This document shows positions 51,547 through 63,599 of a stretch of DNA of 64,000 bases, one piece after another; positions within the stretch are counted from its first letter, which is position 1, and each line of letters begins with the position of its first letter. Under the pieces are notes generated by a model, which had not been told where the DNA came from, searched no databases, and was given only the letters and a program-made list of their open reading frames with translations. Both the position numbers and the translations under genes were made by a program. Where the stretch lies: the NCBI RefSeq assembly GCF_006345805.1, contig NC_043008.1, positions 52,390,001-52,454,000 on the forward strand. The letters are read 5' to 3'. Source of the DNA: Octopus sinensis (lineage: Eukaryota).

Positions 51547-52140
51547 AATTATTGTATACAGTGCTCAGGTGCACCACAACTTGTCAAAAGTGCGTATAAA
51601 GTATATGCAGTAATGTACAAATGTCTGGAAAGCGAACAGTGTACGAGTCAGATACATGCTTGCGTGTGTATGGAGGGGAGAAAATCAGGTGTAGTGTTGG
51701 CGAATCTCAGAAAGCATGGAAGTTTTGAAGGATGCAGTGCTCCGACAACTAACAACTAATGCTGGCAGTTTGTTCCATACTTTAGCAACTCTTAGCATGA
51801 AAAAATGTTTCCAAAAGTCATGGGAGCTGTGCTGTTTTCTGACTTTGTAAACATGTCCATGGGTGTTAGACAGGTGGAGTTTGAAAAGGTGCTTAGAGTT
51901 ATTGTTGGTAAGATGGTTAATAATTTTATGGGTGTCTGCCAAGTCAGCTGCCAGACGTCGGAGTTTCAATGTATCCATGCCCAGGGAAATAAGGCGTTCA
52001 GAATATGGCAAATGGCTGATGGAGGGTATTCTTTTGGTTGCACGTCGCTGAACAGTTTCCAGATAATTAATATCCTGGGCAAGATAGAGGTTCCAGACCG
52101 GTGATGCAAATTCCTGTCCAGAACTCTACTAACCGATCAC
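51493..52140 (-). mobile_element. CR1-like LINE 3' end with (ATT)n tail
   Basis: MPYSERLISLGMDTLKLRRLAADL...HGHVYK...FFMLRVAKVWNKLP is a CR1 C-terminus. Confidence 0.88.
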
Positions 52141-52908
52141 CCTGGGACATGTTAATAATCCTTTCTACAGTAGATACAAGGCCTGAAATTTAGGGGAGGG
52201 GCACTAGTAAATTACATCAACCCCAGTACCAAGCTGGTACTTGATCCCAAAAGGATGAAACTTCAGCAGCATTTAAGCTCAAACTGTAAAGACAGACAAA
52301 ATATCACTATGCAATTTGTCTGGTGCAGTCACACTTCTATAAGTTCGCAACTTTAGGAGAAGTTAAATAGCATTCATTAAGTTGGTAAGCTGGCAGAATC
52401 ATTAGCATGCTGGGCTAAATGCTTAGTGGCATTTTGTCTGCCTTTATATTCTGAGTTCAAATTCCACTAAGGCTGATTTTATTTTTCATCTTTTTCAAGG
52501 TTGATAAAATAAGTACCAGTTGAACACTTAATAAGATAAAAACTTATCTTCGCAAGTCATGCTGAATCGCCATGAATGGGGCACTAATCCGTCGCAGGAT
52601 TACTCATTTTTTGCCAGCTGAGTGGATTGGATCAATGTGAAATGAAGTGTTTTGCTCAAGAACACAGCATGTCACCCATTCCAGGAATTGAAACCACAAT
52701 CTTACAATCATGAGTTCAACACCATAAACCACTAAGCCATATGTGCCTCCACAGTTAAGCACTGGGTTCAATGTAATCAACTTACCTGCTTCCCCCCATA
52801 TTGCTGGCCTTGTGCCAAAATCGAAACTAATAATCCTTTCTACTATAGGCGCAAAGCCTGAACTTTTGTGGGAGGGGACAAGTCAATCACATCGACCCCA
52901 TTACTCAT

Positions 52909-52955
<47 letters not shown>

Positions 52956-53539
52956 TTTGTTTATTTTTGACCCTGAAATGATGAAAGGCAAAGTCAACCA
53001 CAGCAGAATTTGAACTCAGAATGTGAATATGAACAAAATGCCATTGAGCATTTTGTCCAGTCTGCTATGAATTCTGCTTTCTCACCGACTTAACTGAAAT
53101 TAAGAATGATATTCATTTTTGTCTAGATACAAGGCCAATTGTTGTCTTTATTGTTGCTGTTTAGCCCCGAGTGAATTGTGGTTGAACAACCAGTGATTAG
53201 AAGCATTCCATCCATAACCACCATGTACATTTCCCTGGTTAAATGCACCCACGACCATGTTGTACATTGTATTCTTTAATAATACAGTAGAGTGTAATTT
53301 GAGAGAGATTTGATAGCTATTTCTAGCAAATTAAGATTCCCTCAGAGGGAGAAATACACAGTTGTTAGCATTTAAATGATTTTTAAGTGTTTATTTAATT
53401 GATTTAATACAGTGATTCCTGATTATTTTTCACCTACAAACCCTTTTCACTCGGCTGGACTATGGTATGTGGTACATTGCTGTACACTAGAAGACCCACC
53501 CACTGCAACGGAATCAAAATCCTAAAACCATACATACAG

Positions 53540-53796
53540 GTTCATCCTTTACAGGTGCTGGTGTCATAAAATGCACTCATGCCAATGCGACACAAATGCA
53601 CCCATGTCAGTGGCACATAAAAAGCACCCAGCACACTCTGTAAAGTGGTTGGCATTAAGAAAGGCACCCAGCCATAGAAACCATGCCCCAACAGACAACT
53701 GAAGTCTGAGCAGCTCCCCAGCTGGCGTGCCCCTGTCAAACTGTCCAAACCATGCAAGCATGAAAAACAGACATTAAACGATGATGATATATATAT

Positions 53797-53847
<51 letters not shown>

Positions 53848-54450
53848 GGAAATTGTAGTTAAGATACCCATGCTGGTGACACGTTAAAAGCACCATCCGA
53901 ACGTGGCAGTTGCCAGCGCCGCCTGACTGGCGTCTGTGTCGGTGGCACGTAAAAGTACCAACCGATCGTGGCCGTTTGCCAGCCTCCTCTGGCCCCTGTG
54001 CCGGTGGCACGTAAAAAGCACCCACTACACTCACGGAGTGGTTGGTGTTAGGAAGGGCATCCAGCTGTAGAAACACTGCCAGATCAGACTGGAGCCTGGT
54101 GCAGCCTCCTGGCTTCCCAGACCCCGGTCGAACCATCTAACCCATTCTAGCATGGAAAACGGACGTTAAACGATGATGATGATGATGATGTATATATATA
54201 TATATCATCATTATCGTTTAACGTCCACATTCCATGTTGGCATGGGTTGGATGGTTTGACTGAAAACTGGTAAGCTGGGGGCTGCACCAGGTTCCAATCT
54301 GATTTGGCACGATTTCTACAGCTGGATGCCCTTCCTAATGCTAACCACTCCAAGAGTATAATGGGTGCATTTTTATGTACCACTAGCATGGGAGCCAGTG
54401 ATCTGACACAGGCATCAATCAAGACTACGGTCTCATTTGGCTTGACATGT
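53540..54450. mobile_element. Cluster of three RTE 3' UTR copies (+, +, -)
   Basis: Family motif and (GAT)n tails at about 53790, 54190 and 54205. Confidence 0.75.
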
Positions 54451-55689
54451 CAACACAACCACAGTATATCATGAAGTATATCGCACAACATAACCCTAAC
54501 CCTAATAAACACACACATATGTATATCATCATCATCATTTAGAACCCCTTTTACCAAGCTGGCATGGATTGGATAGGATGATAGTTAATTTTTAAAAGAA
54601 TCAAGATTTTGAAAGAATATGGTAAAATAATTACTGTATTCATTATGAAATTGATGTTTGGAATATGACTTTATAAAACGTGACTGATATAGATTTAAGT
54701 TAAAATGTTTAAATTTAACTATGATCAACTTTAAAGCAAACATCTGCTCAATAATAATAAAGCTGTGTTCAGCACCTCTAATCCACACAGCTTTAAACCT
54801 TTTACCATTTGAACAGGCCATGTCTGGCCCTAATTTTCTACCCGTTTTTATACCCAAACCAGTTAGATCTAGCTTCTCACATCTACCCTACAATGTCACT
54901 AAAAATAAATAATCACATCATCAACATCTCAAACTCTCAAGATGATAAATGATTAATTCAAACCAATGTGAATAAAAAGATGTACATTTGACAGAGTAAC
55001 CTGAATGCTAAAGTGTTGAAGTTCAGGAAAGATTTCCTAAACGCATGACTTAGCTCTGAATTTTGTGACAATAAACAGATGCTAGATGCAACTTTCCTTA
55101 GGTAGGATGCCACTCAGTTGCAGGTAATCAAGTCTACCATTATCCTCTCCAGTAATGCTTTTCTGTTTAATGTTGTAATTCATCAACATCATTTTAACAT
55201 CCACTTTTCTACGCTTGCATGGATCAGACAGAGTTTACTGAAGCTGATTTTTTTACAGCCAGATGCCCTTCCTGTCATCAACCCTCACCTGTTTCCCAGC
55301 AAGGTAATATTTCCACCATGGCCAGAAGTTTTCACGGAATATTGAAAATGAATAACACTGTTTATATGTCAGTGATATTCATTTTACAATTGTCATCACA
55401 AGGAGACACAAACATACACACACTTCACACAAAGACACAGACACACACACATATATTCGACAGGCTTTTCTCAGTTTCCATTGTACCAAATCCACTCACA
55501 AGGCTTTGGCTGGTCCAGGGCTACAACGGAAGGTAGGTGCCATACAGGAGAACTGAACATGAAACTATGTGGTTGGGAAGCAAACCTCCTAACCACAGCC
55601 ACATGTGTGTCCATAATTAAAACTATAATTCTTTTGGCATAATCACTTGGAAGTTTTGATATACCTGACTGTTTTTTGAAAACTAGTTG

Positions 55690-55835
55690 AACCATCATCA
55701 TCATCATCATCATCACCACCACATCTACCACCACCACCACCACCACCACCACCACCACCACCATCATCACCATCACTATCACCATCATCATTTAACATCA
55801 TCATCATCACCATCATCATCACCATCATCATCATT
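55690..55835. repeat. (CAT)/(CAC)n trinucleotide repeat
   Basis: Visible tandem triplets. It is the expanded tail of an RTE 3' UTR remnant. Confidence 0.9.
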
Positions 55836-56179
55836 TAACATCAGTTTTTCCATGCTGGCATGGGTTGCACAGTTCAACTGGGGTCTAGAACACACAATTA
55901 AATGTCCCACAAAATGCTTGCAATGTGATAGATATGAACTCAGAATTGGTAAGTCAATATGATTAGCATGCATATTCTTGTATCTGCAATAAAGTTGTTA
56001 ATAAAAACAATTGCTTTCAATTTTTGTTTGCTAAGATAACTTCTTTCAATTGCATAGAAAAGAACATAAATCGATCACATTAATTTTAATACTTCATTGG
56101 ATCAATGAAATTATTTATTCTAAAGAGATGACAATTTTTAAAAATAAAACGGCGATGCATTCAAAGCCCTTACAATCTT

Positions 56180-56410
56180 CTTATTTCTTTATTGCCCACA
56201 AGGGGCTAAACATAGAGGAGACAAACAAGGACAGACAAAGGGATTAAGTTGATTACATCGACCCCAGTGCGTAACTGGTACTTATTTAATCGACCCCGAA
56301 AGGATGAAAGGCAAAGTCGACCTCGGTGGAATTTGAACTCAGAACATAACGGGAGATGAAATACAGCTAAGCATTTCGTCCGGCATGCTAACGTTTCTGC
56401 CAGCTCACCC
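56180..56410 (-). mobile_element. tRNA-derived SINE family B
   Basis: Reverse copy of the 45904 family. Confidence 0.8.
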
Positions 56411-57126
56411 TTACAATCTTCTAAGCTGATGAAATTCACTCAGCTATGACTAATTATGATTCAAACGAGCTGTTGATACGTTTGAAATATTTTACTCTTA
56501 TCTGACAAATTATCTAATTTCTAACCTTTAAAACCCCATTTAAGGCCATTGATAAGAAGTTAAAAAAGCTAATAAATGCATTAACATATTACCAAATATG
56601 GTGAATGGTTAGTATGTGAATCAGGAAAAAATATCCCAGAAAATCTAAATGCACATGCCATACAATTTATGCTATTTATGGTGTGACACACTTTAAACTA
56701 TTCTGTCATATTTATTGAGATAAGAAAAAGATCATTGATTAATCTATAACTGAATTGCATGAGTACAAGTCGAAGAGGGTGATAAAGAAGAAAAGTAAAA
56801 AAAGGAAGAGAAGAAGGGGAGGTGTCATTTTGAGAATAAAATACTTGGTTACTGTTATAAAACTGGATTCCGGTTGATTGAGTCAGTCTGCAGAGGCCAT
56901 TGACAAACACACCTACCATTGGTACTGGGGTCTAAATAGTGTTGAATTGGTGATATCATGAGAGCTTCAGATTAAATGCTTTGCAGAATTCACCCCAGAT
57001 CTCAGCAATTCAGAATTCAAATCCTGCCAAAGTCAGCATTGTCATCCATCCCTTTGGGGTTGGTGGATAAAATTGCAACCTTTACAGGGTGTAGGTGATG
57101 CTTCTTTCTTTCTTTCTTTCTTTCTT

Positions 57127-57188
<62 letters not shown>

Positions 57189-57723
57189 ACTGAAGAATCA
57201 TAGAATTAAATGTTAGTTCCAGTTTTGTTCACTGATGGAAGTGAATGAAAGTGGAAAAAAATCTTAATTCTTAATAATTAGCTTCATTTATAATGAGAGA
57301 CATCCTTTATCTTTCACTTGTTTCAGTCTTTGAACTGTGGCCATGCTGGAGCACCTTCCTTGAAGGGTTTTTGTCAAACAATTCAACCCCATTACATAAT
57401 CATTTTAAAATCTGAAACATATATGTTACTAATCTGTTTTGCTGAACTGCTAAGTGAAGGAGAAATAAATAAACCAACACCAGTGGTTGGGCTATAGGGG
57501 TGAGGGTGATAAACACAGACACAAAAGCAACAATATATACACACACATATATAATATAAAGTAAAGATTCTGAAGAAACTGCACCGGTATTATAGTAGGA
57601 TTGCAATTGCAATGATTGTTAATTGGTGCAGTTGAAACATTTGTAGATCTATGTAAAACTGTTTATATAAAAAGAACTATAGACAATGTTATGAACCTTC
57701 ATAATAATACTTATTGTTACTGT

Positions 57724-57771
<48 letters not shown>

Positions 57772-57774
57772 GTA

Positions 57775-57853
<79 letters not shown>

Positions 57854-57857
57854 GTAT

Positions 57858-58394
57858 ATAATAGTTATCGCCATACTAATATGGCATTCTTATAAAAATA
57901 AGAAAAAAGCTGTCCGCTTATTAGCTCCATGAGGCCATCGCCTTAAGTTAGCTATTTGATACACAAACTGTATCCATATAACCTTCGAACAAGGGAGGTC
58001 AGTCGCTCCACACTACTTGACCGGCAGCTACAGACGTGTTTCGGGGTATTGCCCCTTTTCAATGCAGCGTAGCCAGCCAGTAGGTGTCGCTTCCGACAAT
58101 CTCTGTTCAATGGTTTTATTTACCAAGTTTCGGTGGAATACATCCACTTGTTTTCAATAATAGAAATATTAAAATAACTAAGTCTCACTAAAAGAGAACA
58201 GCGGCAGCGTTCCCGGAAAATAATAGTTATCGCCATACTAATATGGCATTCTTATAAAAATAAGAAAAAAGCTGTCCGCTTATTAGCTCCATGAGGCCAT
58301 CGCCTTAAGTTAACTATTTGATACACAAACTGTATCCATATAACCTTCGAACAAGGGAGGTCAGTCGCTCCACACTACTTGACCGGCAGCTACA
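57858..58394 (-). mobile_element. Retrozyme-like or non-autonomous Penelope-like element: 362-nt unit, about 1.5 copies
   Basis: 175-bp direct repeats (57858-58032 and 58220-58394, 1 mismatch), no coding capacity and an internal hammerhead. The left end abuts a (TA)n tract. Confidence 0.8.
58027..58068 (-). ncRNA. Type I hammerhead ribozyme with U3-A8 core
   Basis: Stem I GCUGCA/UGUAGC; core UUGAAAA; stem II GGGG-CAAUA-CCCC; GAAA; stem III C-AC-G; GUC cleavage between 58033 and 58032. Confidence 0.78.
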
Positions 58395-58885
58395 CTAGCA
58401 ACCGATGCCAGTCACAGAGTTTGATTTTGATTTCGATTTCACTTGCCTCAACTGGTCTTCGCAAGCAGAGTTTAGTGTCCAATGAAGGAAAGGTACTTAT
58501 AAGTGGGCTGGTTACACCACTGGCATAGGCCACAAGGTTATGGTCTCACTTGCGCTTGCCAAGTCTTCTCAAGCACAGCATATTTCCAGAGGTACCGGTC
58601 ACTAGTCATTGCCTCGATGAGGCCCAATGTTTGAAGGTCATGCTTCACCACCTCATCCCAGGTCTTCCTGGGTCTACCTCTTCCACAGGTTCTCTCAACT
58701 GCTAAGGTGTGGCACTTTTTCACATCCATTCTCACCACATGACCATACCAGCGCAGTCGTCTCTCTTTCACACCACATCTGATACTTCTTATGTCCAACT
58801 TTTCTCTCAAGGTCCTTACACTCTGTTGAGTATGCACACTGACATTACACATCCATCGGATCATACTGGCTTCATTCCTTGTGAG
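58395..58885 (-). mobile_element. RTE LINE 3' ORF end
   Basis: NEASMIRWMCNV...LREKLDIRSIRCGVKERRLRWYGHVVRM...GRGRPRKTW. Confidence 0.88.
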
Positions 58886-59512
58886 CTTACGCATACATAC
58901 ATACATATGTGTGTATGTGTTTGTGTGTGTGTGTGTGTGTGAGTGTGTGTGCATGCATGTTGTGTCTATTTTTGTCAGTGTTTGTCACCCCATCACTGCT
59001 TGATGTTGGTTAGTTTGCATACTCATAACTCAGTAAGAGAGTCCAAAAGAGTAAGTACCAGACTTTAAAAAATAAGTACTGTGATTGATTTGTTTGAATA
59101 AAACCCTTCAAGGCAGTACCCCAGCATGGTCACAGTCCAATAACTAAAACAAGTAGAAGATGATACATGAACAATCTCATTAATTTTGACAGGCACTGCA
59201 CAAGTTTCCTCAAATAAATCCCATAATTTCTGACAGCTCCTACACTAACTTCCCAAACAAACCCCATCATTTTTGACAGTTACTGCAGTAGTTTTCCAAA
59301 TACTTTTCCCATTATTTTTCACAGGAACTAAAGTTTCCCAATAATATCAAATATTATTTTGTGTTGTATCTTTTGCATATTCACAGTTTGCATATCATTA
59401 ATTTCTTTAAAATAAATATTTATATGGATATATTTATTAATTTAACAACAATACTAAGAACTAAAAACTTTTATTATATTTATTTATTTAATAATTTATT
59501 TATTCATTTCAG

Positions 59513-59631
59513 ACAGTGACATTGCCTTATTGGCATCAACAGGCTTTTCTTTTCTTGGGACATTTGGCATTTCAGCAGCATTTCTATTTAGTGGACATTT
59601 ATGTGACAGAGCTTTTCCCCACAGATGTCAG
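59513..59631 (+). CDS. Isolated internal exon, probable MFS transporter
   Basis: Polypyrimidine tract and TTTCAG acceptor, CAG|GTAAAT donor, 119 nt (phase 1 to 0). Encodes SDIALLASTGFSFLGTFGISAAFLFSGHLCDRAFPHRCQ, a TM helix followed by a G.L.DR motif A-like sequence. No partner exons were found. Confidence 0.5.
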
Positions 59632-60185
59632 GTAAATGTCAAACAAGTCTGGATCTTTCCACCAAATGCAAAAGAAAGAAAAACAACAACTATCTTTAAC
59701 AAAATCCAATCCAAGATAATTAATTGATGTGTTTATGGATAATATTACGGATCTCCAGTCAACATTTTTCATATACACAAACACACAAACAGACACGTGT
59801 TTGCACATGCATGTGTAGATGCATAAATGTGTGCATATACTCATAAGAATATGTATGTATATGTGTTTGTGTGTGTGTGCATACATTCGTATATATTGCT
59901 GGCACTCGGTTATTCAGCGTGGGACAGAATGGGATAAGGTCGGCCCTTTGAAATACAGGTGCTACTCATTTGAGTGGACTGGACCAACATGAAGTTAAGT
60001 ATCTGGCTCAAGGACACGACGTGCTGGTGAGAATTGAACTCATGACCTTATGAACATGAGTCAAATACCCTAACCACTAAGCAACATACCTACACACAGA
60101 CATGTATAAAAATTTTGTAGAATTCTTTTGCCCCCAGCGGCCTAGTGGGAAAAAATTAAATAGTCATAAACCATTTTTAAGTTCA

Positions 60186-60426
60186 ATATCACAATCAAGG
60201 AACGGCCATAATAGGCCATTCACCCACTAGAAATAGCAGCCAAAAAGCTTCAACCGCAAAATAACATTAATTCCGTAAACCAGGAGAAAATTAAAAAAAA
60301 GGAATTTCAGGGTAAATGTTTTTTTAAATTTTCTCCTGGTTTACGGAATTAATGTTATTTTGCGGTTGAAGCTTTTTGGCTGCTATTTCTAGTGGGTGAA
60401 TGGCCTATTATGGCCGTTCCTTGATT

Positions 60427-60433
<7 letters not shown>
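60186..60433. mobile_element. Young palindromic MITE, about 113-bp arms
   Basis: 60186-60300 is the reverse complement of 60319-60433 apart from the A/T run at the loop. TA-flanked. Confidence 0.85.
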
Positions 60434-60460
<27 letters not shown>

Positions 60461-60463
<3 letters not shown>

Positions 60464-60862
60464 TCTTTTACTTGTTTCAGTCATTTGACTGCGGCCATGC
60501 TGGAGCACCGCCTTTAGTCGAGCAAATCGACCCCAGGACTTATTCTTTGTAAGCCCAGTACTTATTCTATCAGTTTCTTTTGCCGAACCGCTAAGTGACA
60601 GGGGTGTAAACAGACCAGCATCGGTTGTCAAGCAATGGTGGGGGGGACAAACACAGACACACAAACATACACACACATACATATATATATACATATATAC
60701 AACAGGCTTCTTTCAGTTTCCATCTACCAAATCCACTCACAAGGCTTTAGTTGGCCCAAGGCTATAGCAGAAGACACTTGCCCAAGATGCCACGCAGTGG
60801 GACTGAACCCGGAACCATGTGGTTGGTAAGCAAGCTACTTACCACACAGCCACTCCTGTGCC
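60461..60862 (-). mobile_element. tRNA-derived SINE family A
   Basis: Full head and body. Confidence 0.85.
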
Positions 60863-60867
60863 TATAT

Positions 60868-60901
<34 letters not shown>

Positions 60902-60903
60902 GA

Positions 60904-60939
<36 letters not shown>

Positions 60940-61021
60940 CATGCATATATAATAATTTTTTGCATAATGCGATAAAAAAAACCAAGGCTGTGTAGATATT
61001 AGAACATTTATAGATAGACGG

Positions 61022-61071
61022 CCTTACAGCTGTTTCCAGGATATTTATTAATGATATCCCTTCATCAGAGA
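61022..61071 (-). ncRNA. Minimal type I hammerhead motif (C3-G8), weak stem I
   Basis: CUGAUGA at 61068-61062; stem II GGGAUAU/AUAUCCU; GAAA; palindromic stem III ACAGCUGU; GUA site after 61025. Stem I is only UCU/AGG. Confidence 0.6.
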
Positions 61072-61299
61072 TTTGTGTGAGAGGATGGTTAAGTAATAAT
61101 TAATTTAGATGGATACAAAATAGAGAGTGAGGTGGAGGAAAGAAAATAGATGTGAGATATGTAGGGATATTGAATTTGTGGATCCATTTTTTAGGCAGAA
61201 TGGTATATATGTAAGATTCCAATACCTTATGAGTAAGATCCAATGGTATTGAAAATACATGCATAAATGTATTTCAAATACATACATAAATATATACAT

Positions 61300-61354
<55 letters not shown>

Positions 61355-61356
<2 letters not shown>

Positions 61357-62510
61357 CATCATCATTTAACGTCCGCTTTCCATGCTAGCATGGGTTGGAC
61401 GGTTCAACTGGGGTCTGGGGAGCCCAAAGGCTGCATCAGGCCAGTCAGATCTGGCAGTGTTTCTACAGCTGGATGCCCTTCCTAACGCCAACCACTCCGA
61501 GAATGTAGTGGGTGATTTTATGTGCCACCGACACAGGTGCCAGACGAGGCTGGCGAACGGCCACGCTCGGATGGTGTTTTTTATGTGCCACCGACACAGG
61601 TGCCAGATGAGGCTGGCAGACGGCCACGATCGGATGGTGTTTTTATGTGCCACCGACACAGGTGCCAGATGAGGCTGGCGAAAGGCCACGATCGGATGGT
61701 GTTTGTTACGTGCCCACAGCACGGAGGCCAGTCGATGCGGTACTGGCTACGGCCACGTTCGGATGGTTTTCTTGTGTGCCACCGGCACTGGTACCACAAA
61801 GATACAAATTCCATTGATGTTCATCTATTTTGATTTGTTTTGATTTTCACTTGCCTCAACAGGTCTTCACAAGTGTCACAAGAAGGAAGGTATGCACAGG
61901 TGGACTGACTACGTCCCAGGTAGGGGCCACGGGTTATGGCCTGACTAGTCTTGCCGGGTCTTCGGATGGTGTTTTTATGTGCCACCGACACAGGTGCCAG
62001 ATGAGGCTGGCGAATGACCACGATCGGATGGTGTTTGTTACGTGCCCACAGCACGGAGGCCAGTCGATGTGGTACTGACTACCGCTACGTTCGGATGGTT
62101 CTCTTGTGTGCCACCAGTACTGGTACCACAAAGATACAAATTCCATTGATGTTCATCTATTTTGATTTGTTTTGATTTTCACTTGCCTCAACAGGTCTTC
62201 ACAAGTGTCACAAGAAGGAAGGTATGCACAGGTGGACTGACTACGTCCCAGGTAGGGGCCACAGGTTATGGCCTGACTAGTCTTGCCGGGTCTTCAGATG
62301 GTGTTTTTATGTGCCACCGACACAGGTGCCAGATGAGGCTGGCGAACGGCCACGATCGGATGGTGTTTGTTATGTGCCCACAGCACGATGGCCAGTCGAT
62401 GCGGTACTGGCTACAGCCACGTTCGGATGGTTTTCTTGTGTGCCACCAGCACTGGTACCACAAAGGTACAAATTCCATTGATGTTCATCTATTTTGACTT
62501 GTCTTGATTT
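61355..62510 (-). mobile_element. RTE 3' end with a 332-bp tandem amplification (about 2.6 units)
   Basis: Identical anchors at 61631, 61963 and 62295 (period 332). The unit spans the ORF-end/3' UTR junction. Confidence 0.85.
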
Positions 62511-63562
62511 TGATTTTGATATATATATGCATGCATGCATGCATACATACATACATACATACATATATATCTCATTATCATAATCATCATTTAATGTCTG
62601 CCTCACTCTTTCTCTCTCTCTCACATATATGATTTTAGTAAAAATAAAAAGGGAAAATGCACTGATTTTTTTTTTAATCTTAAAGAATATTTATGGAATA
62701 AAATGTTTATAAAATCAACCAGATTCACTTTCCTAAGTAATCTCTGATTAGGTAATAAGTGATGATTTTATTATTTCATGCTAACATAATCATCGCTAAT
62801 CTACTAACTCATGAATAACTTATACAACTGAAACTAGTTTATTACATAAACATGTTTTAGTATGAAACATTTCAGAGCATTTTCCTTTTTGGTTTAACTA
62901 TAAATCACTTTGTGGAGACCAGAGCTTTTCACCACATAACATATATAGGTATACACATATATATTCTTTCAATCTTTTACATTTTCAGTCATTAGACTGT
63001 GGCCATGCTGGGGCAATGCCTTGAAGAATTTTAGTCAAATGGATCAATCCCAGCACTTACATTCTAAGCCTGCTACTTATTTTCTTGGTGTCTTTTGATG
63101 AACTGCTAAGTTACAAAGATGTAAACAAATCAACACCAGTTGTCAAGACACAAACACACACACCTACATATATATATATAAAATCCAAAATGGGATAATA
63201 ATGCAAAACATCCGGACAACTAGGTGATACAAAAAGGGACAACAAAACATCCAGATAGACGATACAAAAAACAAGGACGGGTCATTCAAAGTTTTCTATC
63301 TTCAGTCATGAACCAGATTATCCTCACAATTTCGGCTGATTATTCTAGAAATTGCTCCAATCTGGCCAGCCCCAAAGAAAAACTAAGCTAAGAGCATCAG
63401 ATTCCTGGGAAGAAAGCAGTGAATATATACAAAAACAAGGACGGAAAAAAATGGACAATGTTGCACAAATATAAATACAATAAAAATAATTATAATAACA
63501 GGACATAACAACAGGTGTCTTTCAACTAAGGATGAATTGAACTAAGCTGGAGCATGTGGAAA

Positions 63563-63599
<37 letters not shown>

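Noticed and set aside
55687-55962. Poly-His ORF
   Set aside because: Translation of a (CAT/CAC)n microsatellite at an RTE tail.
61510-61700. Regularly spaced repeats of about 59 bp, superficially CRISPR-like
   Set aside because: Whole units repeat with no unique spacers. They are internal subrepeats of a eukaryotic RTE 3' UTR.
63270-63400. CTGAAGA motif and stem-loop on the minus strand within a repeat with short direct repeats
   Set aside because: GAAT instead of GAAA and no stem I, so a hammerhead is not supportable.
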